A stretch of 64,000 bases of DNA from an uncultured Verrucomicrobiae bacterium. Its GTDB lineage: Bacteria; Verrucomicrobiota; Verrucomicrobiia; Limisphaerales; UBA11358. The notes below the pieces were generated by a model. The model was given only the letters and a program-made list of their open reading frames with translations. It ran no database searches and had not been told where the DNA came from. The stretch is taken from positions 75,415 to 139,414 of the forward strand of contig CAWIGO010000007.1 in assembly GCA_963835625.1 (NCBI GenBank), read 5' to 3'. Position numbers and translations under genes: made by a program. Position 1 is the first letter of the stretch, and each line of letters begins with the position of its first letter. This document shows, piece after piece, positions 21,757-30,634 of the stretch.

Positions 21757-23490
21757 ATGAAATTTCACTGGTCGCTCGCGCCACCGCAACCTCTGCTCGC
21801 CGGTCAACTGGCCGCGCAACTCAAAATCCCGCCGCTGCTTGCCCAATGCCTGCTGAATCGCGTCCCGCAGATGGCGGGAGAGCCGGTTGCCATCCGGGAT
21901 TTTTTGCAGCCGCGCCTGAAAAATCTCGCCGACCCGTTTTTGCTGCCGAACATGAACGCCGCCGTCGGGCGATTGCTTCATGCTCGCGGGCAAAACGAAC
22001 CACTCGTGATTTTTGGCGATTACGATACGGACGGCGTCACTTCCACTGCGCTGCTCGTTGAAGTTTTGCGCACGCTTGGCTGGAAGGTGGATTTTTATTT
22101 ACCGAACCGCATGGACGAAGGCTACGGCTTGAGTCAGGACGGCGTCGAAAATTGCCTCAAAAAATTTCCTGTAACACTCCTGCTGGCCGTGGACTGTGGT
22201 TCCACCGCCGTTGGAACCATTTCATGGCTGCGCAAACGCGGCGTGGATGTGATTGTTCTCGATCATCATCAAATTTCCTCGCCCGCGCCGGAGGCCGTTG
22301 CGCTGGTCAATCCACAACTCTCAACTTTCAACTCTCAACCATCAACCGTTTTTGCCGAACTCTGCTCCGTTGGTCTCGCTTTCAAACTCGCGCACGCCCT
22401 GGTCAAACGCGGACGCGAAATAAATCTGCCCGGCGCGGCGGAATTCGATTTACGCCCGCTGCTCGATTTGGTCGCGCTGGGCACCATCGCCGACCTCGTG
22501 CCGCTCATCGGCGAAAACCGCATTCTTGTTTCCGCCGGTTTGCAGCGGCTGAACACGACAAAACGGCCTGGTTTGATTGAGCTCAAACGGGTCGCGCAGT
22601 GCCCGCAAATACTCGGCACTTACGAAGTCGGTTTTCAACTGGCACCACGCTTGAACGCCGCCGGTCGGCTCGAATCAGCCGAGGAATCGTTGCGCCTGCT
22701 CCTGGCGCGCGATCTGGCCGAAGCGATGCCCATCGCCCAAAATCTGGATTCGCGCAATCGCGAACGCCAAAAAATCGAGCGTGACATCGTCGAGGAAGTT
22801 GTCGGCATGGTACGCGCGAAGTTTGATCCGGAAAAAGACTTCGTCATCGTCGAAGGACAATTGCTCTGGCACATCGGTGTTGTCGGCATCGTCGCGTCGC
22901 GTGTGTTGCAGGAGTTTTACCGGCCCACCATCATCATCGGTGGCGAGGGTGACGAATGGCGTGGTTCGGGACGCAGCATCGCGGGTTTCGATCTGGCCGC
23001 CGCGTTGCGCGAATGCGACGATTTGCTCGTGCGACACGGTGGGCACGCAATGGCCGCGGGCTTGAGCATTCATCCGGACAAAATTGACGCGCTGCGGGAG
23101 CGATTGAATGAATTGGCGCGCCGCGCATTGAAACTGGAGGATTTGCAACCGTCATTGCGCCTCGATGCGGAAGTCGGCCTGGACGAAATGAATTTTGAAA
23201 CGCTGAACGAGCTGGCGCGTTTGAAACCGACGGGGCAGGGGAATCCCGGCGTGCAATTCTGCGCGCGCAATCTCACCCACGCGCGTCCGCTCCAGCGCAT
23301 CGGCGCGGACAGGCGGCATGTCAAGATGTGGGTTACGGAAGGCGCAGCCACACTCGAGGCTGTTTGGTGGAACGGCGGTGAAGCATCCTTGCCGGTTGGA
23401 AAATTTGATCTGGCGTTCGCGCCGCAAATCAACGAGTTCAATGGCCGCCGCACGGTGCAATTGAAAGTTTTGGATTGGCGGGCGGCGTGA
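21757..23490 (+). CDS. recJ: single-stranded-DNA-specific exonuclease RecJ
   Basis: Has DHH motifs (IFGDYDTDGVTS, LLAVDCGS, VIVLDHH) and the DHHA1 motif (GGHAMAAGLS). Confidence 0.93.
   Translation: MKFHWSLAPPQPLLAGQLAAQLKIPPLLAQCLLNRVPQMAGEPVAIRDFLQPRLKNLADPFLLPNMNAAVGRLLHARGQNEPLVIFGDYDTDGVTSTALLVEVLRTLGWKVDFYLPNRMDEGYGLSQDGVENCLKKFPVTLLLAVDCGSTAVGTISWLRKRGVDVIVLDHHQISSPAPEAVALVNPQLSTFNSQPSTVFAELCSVGLAFKLAHALVKRGREINLPGAAEFDLRPLLDLVALGTIADLVPLIGENRILVSAGLQRLNTTKRPGLIELKRVAQCPQILGTYEVGFQLAPRLNAAGRLESAEESLRLLLARDLAEAMPIAQNLDSRNRERQKIERDIVEEVVGMVRAKFDPEKDFVIVEGQLLWHIGVVGIVASRVLQEFYRPTIIIGGEGDEWRGSGRSIAGFDLAAALRECDDLLVRHGGHAMAAGLSIHPDKIDALRERLNELARRALKLEDLQPSLRLDAEVGLDEMNFETLNELARLKPTGQGNPGVQFCARNLTHARPLQRIGADRRHVKMWVTEGAATLEAVWWNGGEASLPVGKFDLAFAPQINEFNGRRTVQLKVLDWRAA
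22314..22348 (+). repeat. five tandem TCAAC-nn heptamers inside recJ
   Basis: The units are ACAACTC TCAACTT TCAACTC TCAACCA TCAACCG, translated in-frame as PQLSTFNSQPSTV. Confidence 0.85.
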
Positions 23491-23491
23491 T

Positions 23492-23569
23492 GGTCCAGGG
23501 TCCGAAGTCTGAAGTCCAAAGCGGTCGCGAACATTTTAGACTTTGGACTTTGGACTTTGAACTTTAGAC
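23492..23569 (+). repeat. GTCCAAA/TTTGGAC heptamer hairpin between recJ and ispD
   Basis: The left arm is GTCCAGG GTCCGAA GTCTGAA GTCCAAA (23493-23520). The right arm is TTTAGAC TTTGGAC TTTGGAC TTTGAAC TTTAGAC (23535-23569). Unit-by-unit pairing uses several G:U/U:G wobbles on the + strand. Confidence 0.9.
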
Positions 23570-23577
23570 TGGTTCCC

Positions 23578-24261
23578 ATGGTTTCAGCCATTCTGGTCGC
23601 TGCCGGCAAAGGTGTCCGCATGGGTGCGGATGTGGACAAATTATTTCTGGAAGTCGCCGGGCGTCCGGTCATGGCGCACACGTGGCTGCGGTTCGATGAG
23701 GCAAAGTGCATCGATGAAATCATTCTCGTCGTGCGCGACGGAATGCAGGTGGCTTTCAAGGAACTGGCGGCGAAATTCCTTTTTAAAAAACCGTTCCGCA
23801 TCGTCATTGGCGGAGCGGAACGGCAGGATTCGGTCTGGAACGGTTTGGAAGCATTGCCGCCAACGGCGAAAATCGTGGTGATCCACGACGCAGCGCGGCC
23901 TTGCACGAGCGGAGAATTGATCGCGGCGACGGTCAAGGCGGCGGACGAAACCGGCGCGGCGGTGGCGGCGCAGCCGGTAACGGACACAATCAAGGAATCC
24001 GCCGACGGCAAATTGATTCGGTTCACGCTCGACCGTTCGCTATTGTGGGCGGTGCAAACGCCGCAGACGTTTCGTGTGGAGGTCATTCGCCGCGCGCTGA
24101 CGGAAGCGCGCCGCCGCAAGCTCGTTTTCACGGATGATACGGCGGCGTGCGAATTGATCGGCCAGCCAGTCCGGCTTGTGTCGAGCATCGCGCCCAATCC
24201 CAAGATTACGATGGCGGGTGATTTGCCATTCGTCGAAATGCTGCTGCGAAATAAAACTTGA
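23578..24261 (+). CDS. ispD: 2-C-methyl-D-erythritol 4-phosphate cytidylyltransferase
   Basis: The ATG at 23578 gives MVSAILVAAGKGVRMG... (P-loop-like AAGxGxRMG) and later VVIHDAARP. The track start at 23557 lies inside the upstream heptamer hairpin. Confidence 0.9.
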   Translation: MVSAILVAAGKGVRMGADVDKLFLEVAGRPVMAHTWLRFDEAKCIDEIILVVRDGMQVAFKELAAKFLFKKPFRIVIGGAERQDSVWNGLEALPPTAKIVVIHDAARPCTSGELIAATVKAADETGAAVAAQPVTDTIKESADGKLIRFTLDRSLLWAVQTPQTFRVEVIRRALTEARRRKLVFTDDTAACELIGQPVRLVSSIAPNPKITMAGDLPFVEMLLRNKT

Positions 24262-24300
24262 TTCGAAATTTTGCGCGCCTGTGCTAACTTTCCTCCCTTT

Positions 24301-25620
24301 ATGAAACGACGTTTGATTTACGGATTTGTGATTATGGTGCTGACGGTGAATGTGATCGTCGGCGCGCGAATTTATTTGAGTTCGGCCCACGCGGCGGAAC
24401 GGAAAGATTCGGCTGAACCAAACCTGGAACTTTTTGCCGGCGTGCTGGAAAAAGTCCGGACGGAATACGTGAACGGCCAGAACTTGACGTATCGCGACTT
24501 GGTTTACGCGGCGCTCAGGGGCGTGACAGGTTCGCTCGACCCGCACAGCGAGTTCATGGACCCGGACGAATATCGGGAATTGCAAAGTGACACGGAAGGC
24601 GCGTTCGGAGGACTCGGCCTGATGGTGACGATGAAAGACAATTTTGTTACAGTAGTCACGCCGATGGAGGATACACCGGGATTTCGCGCGGGTATTTTGT
24701 CCGGCGACCGCATTGTCAAAATCAACGGCAAGAGCACGGAAAGAATGTCTTTGCAGGATGCGGTGAAACAACTCCGCGGCGAACCGGGCACGCAAGTGAC
24801 CGTGACCATTCAACGGCCTTCGTCGGGCATGGTGAAGGATTTCACGCTCACCCGCGCGACTGTCAAGATGGACATGGTCAAGGACATTAACGGCAAAAAG
24901 GAGTTTCCGCTGGGTGGTGACAAAATCGGCTACGTCCGCATCACGGAATTCGGCGACAAGACAGACGACGAACTCGAAACCGCGCTGAATAAATTAAAAG
25001 AACAGGGCATGAAGGCGTTGATTCTTGATTTGCGCTGGAATCCCGGTGGTTTGCTCGACGAGGCGGTTGAGGTTTGCAGCGAATTTTTACCCCGTGGAGA
25101 ACTTGTTGTGACCACCGAAGGACGCGATCCGGGTCAAAATACAATCCGGCGCGCCGTGGGTCACGGCGATGTATTGAAAGGCATGCCGATTGTCGTGCTC
25201 GTGAATTTGGGCAGCGCGAGCGCGTCGGAAATTGTCGCCGGCTGTTTGCAGGATTTGCGTCGCGCCGTCATTCTCGGCGAAAAAACCTTCGGCAAAGGTT
25301 CTGTGCAAAGCATTTTCCCTTTCGACGATGGTTCCGCGCTTAAGCTGACCACAGCCAAATATTACACGCCCAGCCACAAGGTCATTCAGGAACACGGCAT
25401 CACGCCCGACATCACCGTCCCCATGAGCGATGAAGAAGAAGCCGCGTTGATATTCAAACGCGCGCCCGGCGGTCCTGAGTCGCTTCGTCCGGAAGCTCGC
25501 GCCCGTGTCGAAAGCATTCAAGACGTGCAACTCGAACGCGCCGAGGATTTGCTCAAGGGCATGTTGCTTTACAGTGCGCTCAATGACGCGGCCAAGCCCG
25601 GGAAAATCGCGGTGAAATAG
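24301..25620 (+). CDS. S41-family carboxy-terminal processing peptidase
   Basis: Has an N-terminal TM or signal segment, a PDZ region (GILSGDRIVKINGKS), and the catalytic region LILDLRWNPGGLL...VNLGSASASEIVAGCLQD...GEKTFGKGSVQ. Confidence 0.9.
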   Translation: MKRRLIYGFVIMVLTVNVIVGARIYLSSAHAAERKDSAEPNLELFAGVLEKVRTEYVNGQNLTYRDLVYAALRGVTGSLDPHSEFMDPDEYRELQSDTEGAFGGLGLMVTMKDNFVTVVTPMEDTPGFRAGILSGDRIVKINGKSTERMSLQDAVKQLRGEPGTQVTVTIQRPSSGMVKDFTLTRATVKMDMVKDINGKKEFPLGGDKIGYVRITEFGDKTDDELETALNKLKEQGMKALILDLRWNPGGLLDEAVEVCSEFLPRGELVVTTEGRDPGQNTIRRAVGHGDVLKGMPIVVLVNLGSASASEIVAGCLQDLRRAVILGEKTFGKGSVQSIFPFDDGSALKLTTAKYYTPSHKVIQEHGITPDITVPMSDEEEAALIFKRAPGGPESLRPEARARVESIQDVQLERAEDLLKGMLLYSALNDAAKPGKIAVK

Positions 25621-25695
25621 CGTGAATCATTGAATCGTTGCATCGGCTTGCAGCTCATGACCGTTCACGATTTAACAATTCTACGATGTAACGAC
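25621..25695 (+). repeat. AATCGTT-family imperfect inverted repeat between ctp and tsaD
   Basis: The arms are CGTGAATCATTGAATCGTTGCATCGG (25621-25646) and CCGTTCACGATTTAACAATTCTACGATGTAACGAC (25661-25695). It is the same unit family as 21681-21750 and ends at the tsaD ATG. Confidence 0.7.
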
Positions 25696-26784
25696 ATGAC
25701 AATCCTCGCCTTTGAAACTTCCTGCGATGAAACCAGCGCCGCCGTTGTGCGCGATGGTAAAATACTGTCCAGTGTTGTTTCTTCACAAATCGAATTACAC
25801 GCCGAATACGGCGGCGTGGTGCCGGAGCTGGCCGCGCGCGAACATTTGCGGAACCTGATTCCCGTCGCGCAAGCCGCGTTGCGCGAAGCAGGCGTGCAGC
25901 CGGAACAACTCGACGCCGTCGCCGCCACGCAAGGGCCGGGATTGCCGACCGCATTGCTCATCGGGTTCAAAGCCGCGCAAGCCGTCGCGTTTGCCTTGCG
26001 GAAACCATTCGTCGGCATCAACCATCACGAAGCGCATTTGTATTCGCCATGGATTTCCACTTCCAAAGTGCTGCCGGCATCCTGCCGGCAGAACAATTCA
26101 GTCTGCCAGCAGGATGCTGGCAGCATGCTTGGCTTCGCCGATTTCGGCTCCTTTCAACCCAATATCTCGCTCATTGTCAGCGGCGGCCACACGATTTTGG
26201 CTTTGGTTGAATCCGAATTAAAACATCGCGTACTGGGTTCGACGGTGGACGATGCCGGCGGCGAATGTTTTGACAAGGCCGGAAAGTTGATGGGGCTGGC
26301 GTATCCCGCCGGCCCGGAGATTGACCGGCTGGCAGAGCAGGGGAATCCCAGGGCATATGACTTCCCTCGACCGTTGCTGAATGATGCCAGCGACGACTTC
26401 AGTTTCAGCGGATTGAAAACGTCCGTGCGCTATTTTTTGCGCGACAACCCGAATTTATTGAATGACAAACGGCGGCTATGCGATTTGTGTGCGAGCGTCC
26501 AGGCGGCAATTGTGGACGTTCTCGTTGCAAAAACAATTCGTGCAGCAAAACGAAACCACGTTCGTTGTGTGACCGCGTCCGGTGGCGTGACGTGCAATCG
26601 CGCATTGCGACGTGAGTTAGCGCGAGCTTGCAAACGCGAAGGTTTCGCGCTGCGGCTTGCAGAGAAAAGTCTCTGCACTGACAATGCCGCGATGATTGGT
26701 ATTTTAGCCGAGCGAAAATTACTGGCCGACGTCGAGCCGACATCACTCGATCAGGAAATCAATCCAAGTTGGGAGTTGGCATGA
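25696..26784 (+). CDS. tsaD: tRNA N6-adenosine threonylcarbamoyltransferase TsaD
   Basis: Starts MTILAFETSCDETSAAV, then GINHHEAHL, LIVSGGHT, and ASGGV..N..LR near the C-terminus. It carries an in-frame hairpin insertion (see repeat 26071-26123). Confidence 0.92.
   Translation: MTILAFETSCDETSAAVVRDGKILSSVVSSQIELHAEYGGVVPELAAREHLRNLIPVAQAALREAGVQPEQLDAVAATQGPGLPTALLIGFKAAQAVAFALRKPFVGINHHEAHLYSPWISTSKVLPASCRQNNSVCQQDAGSMLGFADFGSFQPNISLIVSGGHTILALVESELKHRVLGSTVDDAGGECFDKAGKLMGLAYPAGPEIDRLAEQGNPRAYDFPRPLLNDASDDFSFSGLKTSVRYFLRDNPNLLNDKRRLCDLCASVQAAIVDVLVAKTIRAAKRNHVRCVTASGGVTCNRALRRELARACKREGFALRLAEKSLCTDNAAMIGILAERKLLADVEPTSLDQEINPSWELA
26071..26123. repeat. 21-nt-arm GC-rich inverted repeat inside tsaD
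   Basis: CTGCCGGCATCCTGCCGGCAG (26071-26091) pairs with CTGCCAGCAGGATGCTGGCAG (26103-26123). The reverse complement of the second arm differs from the first at 2 of 21 positions. The loop is AACAATTCAGT. It encodes LPASCRQNNSVCQQDAGS in-frame. Confidence 0.9.
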
Positions 26785-26818
26785 GGCAGAGGGACGCGTG
26801 TCCCTACCTGTTGAATTT

Positions 26819-26845
26819 CACAGGAGAGGCCTGTGTTACTTTTTT
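26819..26845 (+). terminator. weak intrinsic-terminator-like hairpin plus T-run after tsaD (overlaps the last codons of the convergent aminotransferase)
   Basis: CACAGG-agagg-CCTGTG (26819-26835) is followed by TTACTTTTTT (26836-26845). Confidence 0.35.
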
Positions 26846-28011
26846 AGACTGCGCACAAATTTCTCAATTCGTTCCAGGCCTTTTTCGATGTTTGCCATGC
26901 TCGTCGCGTAGCTCAAACGGATGTAATCATCCGCGCCGAACGCGATGCCGGGCACGGCGGCGACCTTTTCCGCGTCGAGGAGTTTGGCGCAGAAATCGGA
27001 CGATTTGAGGCCGGTCCGGGAAATGTTCGGGAACAGGTAAAACGCGCCCTTCGGATTCACGCACGAAAGGTCGGGAATGGAATTTAATTTCGCGTGCGCG
27101 AACCGGCGGCGCCTGTCGAATTCGGCAAGCCACGTCTTCAAATGCTCCATCGAACCGGTGATCGCGGCCAGCGCGCCCTTCTGCGCGAACGAAGTCGGAT
27201 TGCTGGTGGTGTGGCTTTGAATCGCGTCAATTGCTTTCGCAATCGGTTCCGGCGCAGCGAGGAAACCGAGACGCCAGCCCGTCATGCTCCAAGCCTTGGC
27301 GAAACCGTGAACGATGACGGTGTGCGCCTGATGCGCAGGCGAGAAGCTGGCGACGCTCTTGTGCACCGCACCGTCGTAAAGCAGGTGCTCGTAAATTTCG
27401 TCGCTCATGATAAGCACACCCTTTTCGACGCAAACGTCGCCGAGTGCCTTGACTTCCGTCGGCGAATAAACGCTGCCGGTCGGGTTGCTCGGCGAATTCA
27501 AGATGAAAAGCCGCGTGTTGGGCGTGATCGCAGCGCGGAGTTGCGCGGGTGTGACTTTGAATTCGGTCTTGTCGGTGGTTTGCAGGATCACCGGTTTCGC
27601 GCTCGCGAGCTTCACCATTTCCGGATAGCTCAGCCAATAGGGCGCGGGAATGAGCACTTCATCGCCCTCCTGGCACGTCGCCAGAATGACGTTATAACAC
27701 GAATGTTTGCCGCCACAGGAGACGATGATTTGCGACGGTTTGTAAGTGAGACCATTTTCGCGTTTGAATTTGTCGGCGATGGCTTGTCGCAATTCCGGGA
27801 TGCCGCTGGACGGCGTGTATTTTGTGAACCCGGCGGCGAGCGCCTTGGCGGCGGCGTCCTTGATATGTTGCGGCGTGTCGAAATCCGGTTCACCGGCGCC
27901 AAAGACGACGACGTCCTCGCCCGCTGCTTTCATGGCCTTGGCCTTGGCGTCAATGGCCAGCGTGAGCGAGGGCGATAGCGACGCCGCGCGCTGAGAAATA
28001 CGATAATTCAT
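26836..28011 (-). CDS. class-I PLP-dependent aminotransferase (aspartate aminotransferase-like)
   Basis: Has GEPDFDTP, the NSPSNPTG motif, and the Lys-containing HGFAKAWSMTGWRLGF. Confidence 0.88.
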   Translation of the reverse strand: MNYRISQRAASLSPSLTLAIDAKAKAMKAAGEDVVVFGAGEPDFDTPQHIKDAAAKALAAGFTKYTPSSGIPELRQAIADKFKRENGLTYKPSQIIVSCGGKHSCYNVILATCQEGDEVLIPAPYWLSYPEMVKLASAKPVILQTTDKTEFKVTPAQLRAAITPNTRLFILNSPSNPTGSVYSPTEVKALGDVCVEKGVLIMSDEIYEHLLYDGAVHKSVASFSPAHQAHTVIVHGFAKAWSMTGWRLGFLAAPEPIAKAIDAIQSHTTSNPTSFAQKGALAAITGSMEHLKTWLAEFDRRRRFAHAKLNSIPDLSCVNPKGAFYLFPNISRTGLKSSDFCAKLLDAEKVAAVPGIAFGADDYIRLSYATSMANIEKGLERIEKFVRSLKK

Positions 28012-28119
28012 ATTAAACCGGCGGAAAGGTTACGAAGGGGGCGCTGAAGCACAAGAACGGAAATTGAAACAGACGCGAAGGCAGGCAGTCCGCAGAGGGC
28101 GCAAATTTTACCAATGGAA

Positions 28120-28285
28120 GCACGCCCCCCTCATCCCGGCCTTCTCCCCCAGGAGAAGGAGAACCATTCACCGGCCCATGGAATGTTGTGCGGCGGAGCC
28201 GGCGGGAGAGTCGTCAAGCAAACAGAGAACGGCTACCAACTGTTCCCTCTCCTTGGGGAGAGGGTCAAGGCGAGGGAGGTCGTAA
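28120..28285. repeat. complex ~170-nt GC-rich repeat element with two internal 8-bp hairpins
   Basis: The hairpins are CCTTCTCC-ccca-GGAGAAGG (28140-28159) and CCCTCTCC-ttgg-GGAGAGGG (28244-28263). The flanking C-rich and G-rich ends are partly complementary. The element fills the glgP to aminotransferase spacer. Both ORFs the track places here are Pro/Gly/Arg-rich nonsense. Confidence 0.7.
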
Positions 28286-28318
28286 AAACTAATTCAACGG
28301 TTCCCTGTCACATTTTTT

Positions 28319-30496
28319 TCACTTCGCCAGGTAATATTTCCGGGTGTATTCCTTGACCATGCGGTCGGTGGTGAATTGCGACACGAGCGTGACCATTGCG
28401 CGGCGGATGCGCTGAATCCACTGGCGCGGGATGCCTTGTTCGTCGCGGTCGAAAAACATCGGAATGACCTGTTCGGTGAGCGTCTGGTAAAGATGGGCGC
28501 TGTCCACGCGATCCTGTTCCCTGACATTATTTGGGTTTGAATCGCCGCCGATGGCAAAACCATTTGTGCCGTCGTAACCTTCGCGCCACCAGCCGTCGAG
28601 GATGCTGAAATTCAGGCAACCATTGCAGCCGGCCTTCATGCCGCTGGTGCCGGACGCTTCCAGCGGGCGGCGCGGGTTGCTCAGCCAGACGTCGCAGCCG
28701 GAAACCATCTGCCGCGCGACGTGGACATCGTAATTTTCGACAAACACGAGATAGCCCGCCAGCTCGCTGCGTTTGCTCAACTCAATGATTTGTTGGATGA
28801 ACCGTTTGCCTTCGTCGTCGCGCGGATGCGCCTTGCCGGCGAAAATAAATTGCACCGGACGCTGTTTGTCGTGCACGAGTTTCACGATGTTGTCGAACTG
28901 CTGGAAAATCAGCGGCGCGCGTTTGTAGGTGGCGAAACGCCGCGCGAAGCCAATGGTCAGCGCGTCAGGATTCAGCAGGTGTTCGAAGCGAATGAAATCG
29001 CCCGATCCCAGCATCCGGCTCTGGTGCGACAGACGGCGGCGGACGAATTCAATCATCTCGCGCCGCAGTTTGTAGCGCAACGCCCAAAGCTCCTCATCGG
29101 AAACGAACGACGCATCGGCCATTTTTTTCCAGAATTCAGGGTGGTGAATCGCCGATGCCCAATCGTGTCCATATTTTTCGTCCCACATCTTGACCACGCC
29201 CTCTCTCTTGTTCTTCATTTTTTCCCGCCAGAACTGGCGCACCGAACCTTTCATCCAGCCGAGCAGGTGAATGCCGTTGGTGATGTGGCCGATAGGAACT
29301 TTTTCGACGGGTGTGCCGGGGTAGAGGCCCTGCCACATGTGGCGGCTGACCCGGCCGTGCAGTTCGCTCACGCCGTTGGCGGCGCGCGACATTTTGAGCG
29401 CGAGCACGGTCATGCAAAATGGCTCGTGCGCGTTTTCGGGATGCACGCGGCCCAGCGGCATGATGTCCTGAAACGGCACGGGCAATTGCTGCTGGTAAAG
29501 CAGGAACGCGTAATCCATCAATTCGGGAGCGAAGCTGTCATGTCCGGCTTCCACCGGCGTGTGTGTGGTAAAAACACACTGTTCCTTCGTTGCGGCAAGC
29601 GCGTCGGTAAAATTTTGTCCGGCGGCCAGTTTTTCGCGGATCAATTCCAGCGTCAGGAAGGCCGCGTGACCCTCGTTTATGTGAAAGACCGACGGTTGCA
29701 CGCCAAGCTTGCGCAGCAGGCGGACTCCGCCGATGCCGAGCAAAATTTCCTGCATGACGCGTATTGTGTTGTCACCGCCATAAACGCGCGCCGTCAAATC
29801 GCGGAAATGCTCGGCGTTTTCCGGAAGATTCGTGTCGAGCAAATACACCGGCACGCGCCCGACGTTCACGCGCCAGGCCTGAAAGAAGACGCGGTTCATG
29901 TCAATTTCCACCTCGCACACGAGCGTCTGGCCGTTGGCGTCCAGCACGGGTTCGAGCGGCGCGTTTTGGGGATGAATCAATGAATAATATTCGGTCTGCC
30001 AATAGTTCGTATCAATGGTCTGTTGAAAGTAACCTTCGCGGTAAAACAAACCGACGCCGACGAACCCAAGGCCAAGGTCGCTGGCGGATTTCGCGTGGTC
30101 GCCGGCCAGGATGCCGAGGCCGCCCGCCGAAATCGGCAGCGACTCGTGAAAACCAAATTCGGCGGAAAAATACGCGACGGGATTTTGGAGCAATTGCGGT
30201 GCATTCACGTGCCCCCACGTGCTTTTGCAGGTGAGATACTCCTCGAAATCATGCAGCACCGCGCGCGCGTGCTGCTCAAAATCGGCGTCCTGCAGGAGCA
30301 CGCGCAGTTCGTATTCCGAGACTTCGCGCAAAATGGCGGCGGCGTTGTGATAAAGATTTTGCCAGTTGCGCGGCGAGAGTTCCTGAAATAAATCCTGCGC
30401 CTCCTGATCCCAGCTCCACCACAAATTGCGGGACAACTTGTTCAACCCAGCGACCAGTTCGTCCAATTCCGCAAGCGCCAGCGGTTTTTTCGTCAT
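28319..30496 (-). CDS. glgP: alpha-glucan phosphorylase (GT35; short GlgP type with a DUF3417-like N-terminus)
   Basis: The N-terminus contains LSRNLWWSWDQEAQDLF. Later motifs are GGLGILAGDH, HINEGHAAF, and the PLP-lysine region EASGTSGMKAGCNG. Confidence 0.9.
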   Translation of the reverse strand: MTKKPLALAELDELVAGLNKLSRNLWWSWDQEAQDLFQELSPRNWQNLYHNAAAILREVSEYELRVLLQDADFEQHARAVLHDFEEYLTCKSTWGHVNAPQLLQNPVAYFSAEFGFHESLPISAGGLGILAGDHAKSASDLGLGFVGVGLFYREGYFQQTIDTNYWQTEYYSLIHPQNAPLEPVLDANGQTLVCEVEIDMNRVFFQAWRVNVGRVPVYLLDTNLPENAEHFRDLTARVYGGDNTIRVMQEILLGIGGVRLLRKLGVQPSVFHINEGHAAFLTLELIREKLAAGQNFTDALAATKEQCVFTTHTPVEAGHDSFAPELMDYAFLLYQQQLPVPFQDIMPLGRVHPENAHEPFCMTVLALKMSRAANGVSELHGRVSRHMWQGLYPGTPVEKVPIGHITNGIHLLGWMKGSVRQFWREKMKNKREGVVKMWDEKYGHDWASAIHHPEFWKKMADASFVSDEELWALRYKLRREMIEFVRRRLSHQSRMLGSGDFIRFEHLLNPDALTIGFARRFATYKRAPLIFQQFDNIVKLVHDKQRPVQFIFAGKAHPRDDEGKRFIQQIIELSKRSELAGYLVFVENYDVHVARQMVSGCDVWLSNPRRPLEASGTSGMKAGCNGCLNFSILDGWWREGYDGTNGFAIGGDSNPNNVREQDRVDSAHLYQTLTEQVIPMFFDRDEQGIPRQWIQRIRRAMVTLVSQFTTDRMVKEYTRKYYLAK

Positions 30497-30572
30497 AGTT
30501 TTTGAAATTCCTTAATGGGCCGGCTCAATGGCCGGTTGCTGGCGATGACAGTAAGGGCGCGTGTAAAATTCA

Positions 30573-30593
30573 GCAAATGAAATTTTCATTCGC
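30573..30593. promoter_or_regulatory. 21-bp AT-rich palindrome (candidate operator) in the glgP / ABC-2 divergent spacer
   Basis: GCAAATGAAA-T-TTTCATTCGC: the 10-nt arms are reverse complements with one mismatch. It lies 42 nt upstream of the ABC-2 ATG. Confidence 0.35.
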
Positions 30594-30634
30594 AATTTGA
30601 TTTTACATGGATAAATTCCAACCACAGTCGGCGA

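Noticed and set aside
23492-23569. Heptamer arrays as possible CRISPR arrays
   Set aside because: The period is 7 nt with no spacers. The arrays are only 20-35 nt long, and there are no cas genes in the window.
28064-28356. Two overlapping 73-80-aa ORFs in the glgP/aminotransferase spacer
   Set aside because: They are translations of the GC-rich hairpin element (P/R/G/E-rich). Both frames are open only because the repeat lacks stop codons. They have no start-site context.
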